A stretch of DNA of 64,000 nt from Octopus sinensis. Lineage: Eukaryota. Made by a program: the position numbers and the translations under genes. The first letter of the stretch is position 1, and every line of letters begins with the position of its first letter. This document shows positions 53,245 through 64,000 of this stretch, one piece after another. The stretch lies in assembly GCF_006345805.1 (NCBI RefSeq), contig NC_043012.1:51460001-51524000 (forward strand), read 5' to 3'. The notes beneath the pieces are model-generated. The model made no database searches. It was given only the letters and a program-made list of their open reading frames with translations, and was not told the DNA's origin.

Positions 53245-54868
53245 GAATCTTTTGTAAGAAAATGGTACAAAGTGTCATATTCGTAGAGTGGAACGCTTCT
53301 TTGCCAATTTGATACATACACTGAGGATCCCATAATTTAGAAAATTTTAATCCGCTGCAGGATTCATAGAAAATAAGCCCAGAATGTGCAAACGAAAAAG
53401 CCTGTATATACTGATGTAAATAGATAAAGTTATGTTGGTAGAATATTATTATAAATAACTGACTCTATGTGTACTTTAGTATTTTATATTTTCTTACGCT
53501 TTATGTTCTTTGCTTACATTCCTGAGAAAAATTAAGTTTAGAATCCGTATATAAATTAGCAGCAAAGTATATCATACTTATATCGTATATCTTTCTTATA
53601 GTAGTTCGTTACCCATTATGCTTAAAATTAAATACTTTTTTACAGCAGATATCAAGCAGTTTTCCTCCCATTCTTGAACATTAACTCACTGCTTATCCAA
53701 CGAAACGGACTGTCTCCAATCCTGAGATTGCAATTAACTGGCAATTAATGGAACTCTTAAGTTATATCCGGAGCGCTGACAAGCTGAAATTGGAGAAAAC
53801 ACGGTGAAAGCAGTCTGGAAATATTTTCTCATGAATACGTGAAAGTAAACATTTTTCTAATACAATTTTCTATTTTGTTTTATTCCGTATGAGCAAAAGG
53901 TCAATTTGGTTATGAACTAGATATCAAAATAAACCAAGAAATGCTCCATTGGAAGACTTTTGAATAGTAAACATTTAAAATAAAACTGTTAACACGGAAA
54001 ATTTCAAATCACACTATCAAAACCTTTCATAACTGTTATAACAACAATTATCAAGGGATGCGTCAGATTAGAAAGAAATTAAAATAAAAGTCAATCACAT
54101 CGTGAAAATCATTCCTCTGTGGTTCAGTTCTGTGAATTGTTAATTAACGAAAGGCGTCTAGCCATATGGTAAGATTGGATGGTTGCACGCAAAATTTGAA
54201 AGTTTCAAAGAATAAATCATGCTAAGTATCGTATGTCATCATGCAACACAGATGAACTGCTGTCATTAAATTTGAATGGCTACGAGAAAAGTTCTCTTTT
54301 TTTTCCTCGATAGACTTTTGACTCTATAGTGACGAGTCATCTGGCCTGAAATATTCCAACCAAATACAGCAAAGCATAGCAGTTTTACTTAATAGTTAGT
54401 TTTTTTTCTTGTTTATACAGATACATATATTAGTCGTATATTTCCAACTCGTCGTACAATGTATATAATTCGCTGCTTCTTTGCAATTGCATTGATGTTA
54501 CTGCAACTGTTATGCGGTCTTAGCTATGGAGATCAGTGCGTTTGCACAAAGTCACAGAAGCCAGTGCAAATTCAAAAAGTGTGTGTCTAATTTTAAAGTT
54601 TCTTAACAGGAGCCTACGTAGCACACATCAGTTTCATAAGAGGCCACATAGTAGTAATTCATAATAATGTGACATCCCCTTTCAAGGCCTTCATAATTTT
54701 TTTTTGAAAAAGTAGATATAAATTCCGTGTATACATGCATATATACATGTATGAGTGTATGTGTGTATGAATGTATGTCGGTACATACTAAATAAGAGGG
54801 GATTTCAAGAACGGTCTGACATCCTGACTGATTGTTTCGTTATATAACAATTTCTCTCACTCTCCATA

Positions 54869-54903
<35 letters not shown>

Positions 54904-55503
54904 TTCTCTTGTCCTTTGGAACTTGGCATATGATTTGTCACCAGTACATTATAGAACCACATGTGAACCGTGGAATAAATATCATACCAGCAAATCTTCT
55001 ACAACCCAATGTATACGTGTATGCATATATATTCTGACAACGAAAATGATAATGTACTCAGTGCTCGCAGTTCACTTTATATGTTGCCGCATCGAGAGAT
55101 GGTGACAACATGGATGCGTACCCCTTTTCTTGTTTCTCATCGCGTTCTTGATTACATTGATACTACAGTAGAAGGCGGGTTTATTTTCGAAATGTTCTTT
55201 TGATATAGCTACTAGACGCCTTTGCAGCTTTTGTCTGGTATTTTTCTGCTTTTCTTTCCTCAGTCGATCATGTTTATGAAGAATCTTTTTTTAAAAAATG
55301 GTACAAAGTATCATATTCGTAGAGTGGAACGCTTCTTTGACAATTTGATACATGAACTGAGGTTTCCATAATTTACAAAAATTTTAATCCGCTGCAGGAT
55401 TCATAGAAAATAATTCCAGAATGTGCAAACCAAAAAGCCTGTATATGCTTATATAACTAGATAATGCTATGTTGGTAGAATATTAATATAAGTAATTGAC
55501 TAT
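53245..55503 (+). repeat. Local direct duplication of about 220 bp
   Basis: 53245-53468 versus 55281-55503, about 2.04 kb apart, high identity by eye. Confidence 0.9.
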
Positions 55504-56020
55504 ATAAAATATTAACATTGAATTCTAATTGTTTATAACGATTATGACACATACGAATATAGATTTTTATACAGGATTTACGAGTATATATTTTGAAGTA
55601 CTTAACGCTTTAAGATAAAGTTTTCCTTCGCTTAAGAACCAATAAACACCGAATTTCGTTGAAATATTTTCTTCTACATGCAACTAAATCACAACATAGT
55701 TCCTTGACTATATTATAATATGTAAAACTTCTATTCGTCTTTGTCTCAGAATTTTATATTATTGTCAACTATGAACTATCAAATATTTCGTCGCATATTT
55801 CATCCTAATTTCTAAAATTGAAGTGGAGTTAAAATACGTAAACTTTTTAGATCGCTGATACGAATAGACACATAATAGCTGTGATGTAATTTGAGGATAT
55901 GAACGGAAAGGAAAACAACAGAAAGCAGCATGGTTCTGTCTCTGACGAAAGTCACAAATCACACGCAATCTTATAGAAACACACAACTTGAATAATTACT
56001 TGAATAATTATAAACATAAA

Positions 56021-56054
<34 letters not shown>

Positions 56055-56174
56055 TTGTGTAGGTTTGTGTCAGTATATGTATATGTATACACACAAAAAC
56101 ACACACACATATATATACATACACACACGCATATATGTATATATATATATATAAAATATATGCGCCATTTTTAA

Positions 56175-56410
56175 AAGCCTAGCGAGGCTCATATGCCCGG
56201 TTTCCCGGTTCCTATGGCGTATGCGTTCCCCAGTTGGACGGTACGCCAGTCCATCGCAGCGTTACTCATTTTTGCCAGCTGAGTGAACTGGAGCAACGTG
56301 AAATGAGGTGTTTTGCTCAAGAACACAACGCTTCGCCCGGTCCAGGAATCGAAACCACAATCTTACGATCATGATGCTGACAACTTAACCACCAAGCCCC
56401 GTGCTTCCAA
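56175..56410 (-). mobile_element. tRNA-derived SINE, family C-related head with a different tail
   Basis: Head and CTCCAGTTCACTCAGCTGGC core as in family C; tail GGGAAACCGGGCATATGAGCC. Confidence 0.75.
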
Positions 56411-56427
56411 ACACACACACACACACA

Positions 56428-56500
<73 letters not shown>

Positions 56501-56548
56501 ATGCACCTCTGCGTGTATAATTAACAGTATTATAGCTTTCATTCCTTT

Positions 56549-56745
56549 AAGGCGGCGTGGTGGCTAAATCGTTAGCACCCCAGACAAAATGCTTTGTGGT
56601 AACTCGCCCGTCTTCATGTTATCAGTTCGAATTCTGCCGTGTTTGACTTTGTCTTTTAACCTTTCGAGGTCGAGAAAATCGTACCTACTGAGTACTGCCG
56701 TCGATGTAGCCGACTCACCCCTGACATTGATGACTTGCTGGCCAA
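56549..56745 (+). mobile_element. tRNA-derived SINE, family B (diverged)
   Basis: AAGGCGGCG...CGTTAGCAC...GTTCGAATTCTGCC...CCTTTCGAGGTCGA. Confidence 0.75.
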
Positions 56746-59700
56746 CTTTGAAATCAAAAATCAATAATATTACGGTTTCCACTTTTTGCTTTGAAGACCG
56801 ATTGAACCTATTGCTTTTCAAATAGGAATGTGCAAGCATCAACCTGGATATTCGGAATAGTTAAGTCTTTGCATCTAACAATGTTCCATGTAATACTCTT
56901 TTAGCGCCGGTGTTAGGGAACACTGGAAATTAATAAGCTATTGGATTATTTTCAACATGTTCTTGCTAATATCTTACTTGAATTTTCGGTAAAAAAAAAA
57001 AGACCTGAATGATAACTCATGAGAATTCTCATGAAATATCGTTGAATATACCAGAAAGATACTGAAATATAAAGACATAGACTAAGGGCGTGACAAATTC
57101 CTAAATGATTTTGTTTCGTTTTTATTGGTTAAGGTAGGGGAAGAGTGCAGAGTATACTATCCATACTCCAGGCCTCTGAAATAAGCGTTAGGAGGCCAAA
57201 ATTTTACTCTATAACCAGAGACATTTCCTCATATCTGAAACATGAGTAGACATAAGTCTAGGTATCGAATAACTAGGTGCATATGCTACACTCTGCGATG
57301 TATTGAGCCAACCACTCAGGATTAAGCGAACAAATAAAAAATAAAAGTGGTGACAAATAAATAAAGACGTTACTCACGTAGACACTTTAATGGAGTATCT
57401 TTTAAATGTTTTATCAGTTCGTCGTGTTACGGTAAAGAATAATCAAATACTATTAAAACAAGTTTTGTATTTACTTGAGATAATTTTAAACACAGATGAG
57501 CAGTTATTACCTACGTTTCCATGGACACAATGACGAAAACTAAACTGTATAACACCGTTTAGTTAATCCAATTACAGTATTTATCGTTGTTTTTCTTCCG
57601 ACGTTAAAATTAGGAAAGAAAACGATGTTACCGTTTTTATGATTTTTTGCTTGTTTCATAATGGTAACATATATACGTATACAATCGTAGATGAAAATAC
57701 CTACAAATATATACACACAAGCACCAACATAAATGCACAAACAAGCAAATAATCACGTGTGTGGGCGTGTGTGCGTGTAGGAAAAATTATTTTAGAAACT
57801 AGTAAGACATAGAGACAGTACAAATTAAAAATTGTTCGAGTTATGCATAAATATATCATGATATATACACATACATGTATATTTATATATTTATGTATGT
57901 ATATATATATATATATCAATACACACACACACACACTCCCTCTCTCTCTCTCACACACAAACACACTCACACACACACACAAACATATACTCATACACCC
58001 ACACATACCTGCAGAAAAAATACTCAATCGGAGTGAAAAGCAATTTAAAGCAAGCATAAATATATTATACACTGTTGTGTGTGTGCGTGCGTGTGTGTGT
58101 GTATGTGCGTGTGTGTGCGTGTGTGTGTGTGTTAGACGGAAATAATCATGCACGGGCACATATTTCCTTTTAATATCTGTACTGAAAATCATGGCAATTT
58201 CGTCATAGTAACCAAAAAAAGAAAACCATTACTGACAAATTACGAATGTACAATGACCAGGTTGGGAGAGCAATATGCTGGCCAATTCTAATGGAGAATC
58301 AGAAGTTATTATAACAACATATATGCCACATATATTAAGAGGCAAATTCAGCGAATGCATAAGGTTAAAAATATTCGGAATAAGTGAATCTGAAAATCCT
58401 CAAGCTCTGCGTTATTTGATCAAGGAATGACAATATATATATATATATAATTGTGTGTATTTACCCATAAGGTCAGATATACAATGCTTCCTTATAATTT
58501 GGTTCAAATCCAAAATTATTTGTTTGGTAAAAACATCATAAATATTTTCAAATACTGGATTAAGTTTTCAGATAGTTTCAGACAAATCATGAAAAAAATC
58601 ATATAGGGTCATTAACATAATGTATACTTTAAGTGTTTTGATTGATGTCCAGATGAATACATTCTTTAACGACGTCATTTGCAAAGTAATTATTGAAAAT
58701 TTCAATTATTTAATTTTATCTGCCACTACTCTTTATTTTCCAACCATTACTGACACCTTACGAACGTATAAAATTTCCTATCTCATAAAAATTAGGTATG
58801 ATCTCTAGTGCAGTGAAATATATAAATCATTTTATTTTCAATATGTACTACTCGCATTTGGTCTACATTTCTCGGAGTCTATTTCGTATTGCAACTCCAG
58901 CCTAGAAGTTGATAATTTATATGGCAATAATATAGTTCAATTGATTTTATCGAATGTACTTAGTTAACTGCTACAGTTCAACTTGTACTTCGTCAAAATT
59001 ATTGACATTATGTACATCGTATTGGAAGATATTCAAAAGTAAATGTTCTCGGTAAACATGGAGATATTTATTTGCTAAAAGTGCAGCTATATGGGTGACT
59101 GCTTATAAATAACGAATTAAATATGTCCTATATAATTATGTCTTCTGAATTAGAAATAAAAATCTCTAAGACTTTAGTTTTAAATCTCACATTCATGGAA
59201 CACTGCATAATTTATTTATCCCCTCACTGAATTGAATTAAGACATCAATTTCGAAGCAGTTTTAAATAATTTAACCTTTCTTTTACACTTAAAACATGTG
59301 CATTATCATTTGAACCTTCGGATGAGAATCACAGCTGCTGTATTTAGTAGCATTGGCCTAAACAAAGAGAAAGGTTAACCTTTTGCGTCTTGATGATACA
59401 GTGTGTTCAGGCAAACAGATTAAACTGTTTTGAGTCGTAAGCAAATTAAGTCAATTTGAGTGTCTGAACGGAACAAAACTGTTATTACAGAATAAATTGT
59501 CAGGAAATTATTACCGTATTATGTTAGACGTGTTCTTTTCTCAGACACATCAGTTCCTTGAAGAGACATTATTTCACGTAGACAGTGAATATATTACTTC
59601 AATTTATACGCTATATTTTACATTTTTGATTTCAATGAAAAATATAAAGCTGTGATTGAAACCCTATACTTTAGCATAGCGTTTCTTGTTTCAAACAAAA

Positions 59701-60160
59701 GAATAATTTTCATCATAACAGCGGGTGAAATCACAAGTTTATATTCAATGAAAGCTAATTTAATCAATGTGCCCACGAACATAGTATCGGTGGTGCTAAG
59801 CGGTTATGTTGAGGTTTACGAAAATATGAAGCTTCACAGAGTTTGTAGAATCGTGAAATATAAAAGGATAGTGAAGACTATTTAACTAACTAGCAGATTC
59901 TGTTCAATAAAACAAAGCCCAGGTTAGAAACGCAGCACTGAGTGATACTGGCGTTAGAGGAGGTAAAATATACGGAGGGGAATACAATGCGAAAAATCAG
60001 AGAGAAGAGGGAAGATTAAAGCAAGGTATGTCACAGAAAATTAGTTCAAGGCAGAGAGTAATGAAAGTCTCATAAAAATAATGCTGATGGTAACCTGATA
60101 TAAGGTTTAAAATTTGATACTTCCAATTGTGAATCCAGAGGACATTTGCTTCATTATATA

Positions 60161-60380
60161 CTCTTTTACTCTTTTACTTGTTTCAGTTTTGACTGTGACC
60201 ATGCTGGAGCACCGCCTTTAGTCGGGCACATCGACCCCAAAACTTATTCTTTGTAAGCCTAGTACTTATTCTATCGATCTCTTTTGCCGAAACGCTAAGT
60301 AGCGGGGACGTAAACACACCAGCATCGGTTGTCAAGCGATGTTGGAGGGGGACAAACACAAACACATAAACACACACACG

Positions 60381-60470
<90 letters not shown>

Positions 60471-60638
60471 TATACGGTGGGCTTCTTTCAGTTTCCGTCA
60501 ACCAAATCCACTCACAAGGCTTTCGTCGGCCTGAGGCTAGAGTAGAAGACACTTGGCCAAGGTGCCACGCAGTGGGAATGAACCCGGGACCATGTGGTTG
60601 GTAAGCAAGCTACATACCACATAGTCACTCCTGCGCCT
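60161..60638 (-). mobile_element. tRNA-derived SINE, family A (well preserved)
   Basis: Complete head, internal (CA)n(TA)n and tail; TATAT on both flanks. Confidence 0.92.
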
Positions 60639-61436
60639 ATATTTCGATATTTTGCAAAAACTTTTGCTTATATATTTTTAGGCTTCTCTCTTTTTCAGTC
60701 ACATAAAACCGATACACCCAAACAGTATTTAAAGTATGTATTGATAAATAAAACGTTTAATCTTGAAGATTAATGAATATGAACACACATACCTACACTC
60801 ATATACACTCATATATTATATGTATATACATACAGATGGTTCATCATCGATGTAGACGATTCCGTTATTTAATCAACCTAATCACCTGTCCATAGAGTTA
60901 ACCAGCTAAACATTTTTACAGAAGTGTGCCTTCATTGTAATATACAGGCAGAATCAGCGTGACACAGTGTGACAAGACTCTACTTTTGAATTAAATGTAT
61001 TATCCAGCCTAGGCGCTTCTATACAGTTTCCTCTCTACCGAATTCGCCTCAAAATTTACGGATTGACACGAAACTGTGAAAAAATATATATGTGCCAATA
61101 ATGCAGCGCAACGGGATTGAACCTAGTATGTGATGCGTACAAAAATAACATATTCACTCCACTGTGAAGGAGAACGAACCGACAAACTGACGTAACAGAG
61201 TAATAGTAAATCCCCTCGAAAAACAAGGTTACGTGTTTTCATCATATATATGTGAGCCTGTGCCCCCAAACAGGATGTATATGAAGTACAAGTGAAGTGG
61301 TAATAATAGTGCAGTAGATTTTATAGGTAGCATATGTTGTTACACTTTGCTACGTTTTCCTTCAAGCCGCTGGAACCAGCTAGTTATAATTCTAGAGCTG
61401 AATGCAAGAGCGACGTCATTTTGTTATCGATATATA

Positions 61437-61841
61437 CTCTCTTTTTACTCTTTTACTTGTTTCAGTCATTTGACTGCGGCCAAGCTGGAGCACCGCCTTT
61501 AGTCGAGCAAATCGACCCTGGGACTTATTCTTTGTAAGCCCAGTACTTATTATATCGGTCTCTTTTGCCGAACCGTTAAGTGACGGGGACGTAAACACAC
61601 CAGCATCGGTTGTCAAGCAATGCTAGGGGGACAAACACACACACATACACATATATATACATATATATACATATATACGACAGGCTTATTTCAGTTTCCG
61701 TCTACCAAATCCACTCACAAGGCATTGGTCGGCCCGGGGCTATAGCAGAAGACACTTGCCCAAGATGCCACGCAGTGGGACTGAACCCGAAACTATGTGG
61801 TTGGTTAGCAAGCTACTTACCACACAGCCACTCCTGCGCCT
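61437..61841 (-). mobile_element. tRNA-derived SINE, family A (well preserved)
   Basis: Complete copy; TATATA on both flanks, a possible short TSD. Confidence 0.92.
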
Positions 61842-63588
61842 ATATAGCTTCTTTACGTCAAACAATCGTAATGTTACTTTCTACGCACAAATGGTAAATG
61901 GATATTTTGTAGCCTTAGGTTAGACTGAGGACATTCATACAACAATATGTCCAAGAAAGTAGGCTAGAGAGCCACCCATGAGCAGCCGAGCAGTGACGTT
62001 ACTCAACCACTCTAATATTTAATGTGATAGTAGCAACGGAAAAATGCACTCATTCCTGAATAGAAATTTATGCATGAGTAGGTATTCAGGACAACGCACC
62101 CTTCAGTTTGCTGAGTCGAAGAAGCACCTCTTTCTGGGTGTCATTAACATTAACTTATGAATAAGATATGGAATGATGGTCACTGTATACTAACCAGTAT
62201 TGGTAAAATTTTGAAATGTTCAACGATTAACAGCTATACGATTGATATGACATTTAATAAAGCATTAAGAGTTTCATATATGTTTGATAGGAGTTTTACA
62301 TAAGTTTTATATAAATCTTAGGTTTCTGTGGAAAATTAGATCAAGTTTACTCGGGTTTACAATATTCGATTTTATCATTTGATTGCTGGACGGTGTACAC
62401 ATAATGATGGGTGAATGAGTGAATTCAAATACTATATAAAAGGATGTTTTGATAAGTAATAATACTGTGTAACAATTTATGTCCTTGAGTAGCAACTGTT
62501 TTTTACTATTTGAGTTCCCCTGGAAACTGTGAAAACGGCTAATAAAGCCTTGAAATTTTATTTTGTTAAACTTTTTGGAACCCCCAAAGATCCCACTTAG
62601 CACGTAGTTATGATGATGTCCAACCACTCCTGCTCATGAACAGAGATGCACATTTTGTCATGCTCAAGTGGTTGAGGTCAAGCAACTGAGAAGCAAATCT
62701 GCGGTAGTGAGCATAGTATATGGTATAACGATATTTCTGCTTCAGCTACTCAGCGCTTAAACTGTCTGTAATGTGAGGGAAAATAAGTCAGTTTCAAAAC
62801 ATTGATGTCCGGGTCACAAAAGCAAAGTTTGAAAGGAAGAGTAAACATTTCCTTTTATTTTCCTTTTATTTCTAGAGCGATGCAAATAAGAAATATCACT
62901 TATTTAACAAAGTAAATAAATAAATAAATAAAAATTTGTTACACGGTGTCATTATTGTGCTAATTATAATAGAGCATCCCATAACACATTGGTCGAAGCA
63001 GACTTTACAAAGACTATATTTGAACAAACGATTTATCATTTTTTTTCTTACCGTGTTATGTCAATATTGGTTGTAGAAGTTTTATTTACATGTTTGAATT
63101 CCATGTTTAGGATTCAGAATTTGTGAATAATATAAAATATAAAAATAGTCTGATTCTTGTATCATTGAAAATATATTCAGGTAGGAATTTCCTTAGATAT
63201 TTGCTTGTGTAAAGTGCAACATTTTAAAATATTTAATGTGTCGTGTATATCACATTAACAGATTATATATTTTCAGTTATATTAAAATTATTATACCCTG
63301 ATGTATTAATATATATGTTCTGAATATTCACATCAGTAATGTCCAGACACATTTTGCTATTCATCTATTGATAGGTATATATCTGTATTTGAGAGGAAAA
63401 TAAATTTGAATGCTTCCGTAACGGGTGTCTGTTGAAATACTTTCTAATTGTATATAAATATCGATGCAAACGTTAGTTTAAATTTACACATATCTGTCCC
63501 GAGATGATTTTGTTTGTATCAATAGCCGAAATACCTTTAACCCGACCGTAGACAGGTGATGTCGGAAAATAAGTATCGCAAAACTTAC

Positions 63589-63652
63589 TTTATCAATATT
63601 CTTCAAATGTTTTAATGCTTCTATAGCTTGATCCAATTCAGTTCGGAAATAG
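63589..63652 (-). CDS. Weak candidate internal exon
   Basis: Reads YFRTELDQAIEALKHLKNIDK up to a consensus donor AAA|GTAAGT. An upstream CTGAC branch-like site is present, but the acceptor is an atypical GAG. Confidence 0.15.
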
Positions 63653-64000
63653 CTCAGACGGATATGCGTTCAGAAAGTCAGGCAGAAAATACGAAATCTG
63701 CTATGTTTGAATAAGGTGTTGACACATTCTATGTTTCTTACTTTGACATTTCAAAATGTAGTGGGGATGTGTGTGTGTATATGTGTGTATGTGTGAGATG
63801 GAAAGCAAAGAAAGCGGAAATATATTGGTTGGATATAAAGAGGGAACAGGAAACAAGGGCTAATATAAACATTTTCTAAAATAGAAAGCAACATGAAATT
63901 TCAACATATATAAAGTAAGAAAGATATCCAGAAAAGTATTGCTTTTACACAGCCATATGTAAAAACGCATATGCATACCTACGTACTTACATACATACAT

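Noticed and set aside
53690-53721. 32-nt exon-like segment (CTCAG...GCA|GTGAGT, minus strand)
   Set aside because: Too short to distinguish from a chance pairing of splice motifs.

Overview
AT-rich, microsatellite-dense eukaryotic DNA, most likely intergenic or intronic. The SINE families and composition resemble Octopus repeats as I recall them (inference, no database search). No host protein-coding gene can be called with confidence; most ORFs in the track are translations of (TA)n, (CA)n, (TACA)n or (GATA)n tracts. Supported content: a GC-rich RTE-clade LINE with both ends kept but internal deletions (27.9-30.9 kb); a 5'-truncated R4/Dong-like retrotransposon lying in (TACA)n; a Penelope-like (PLE) GIY-YIG fragment; two Tc1/mariner remnants; a hAT-like MITE; about 20 tRNA-derived SINE copies from three families, including a 4 x 184 bp tandem array; several local direct and inverted duplications. 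The most interesting signal is a set of short elements carrying minimal type-I hammerhead-ribozyme-like motifs (CUGANGA-A-stem II-GAAA-CG-UH) whose stem I sequences differ between families but still pair. One copy has an intact core, one is probably joined to a tRNA-type Pol III head, and others carry recurring core variants. A few weak exon candidates are noted at low confidence. SINE and remnant boundaries are approximate.
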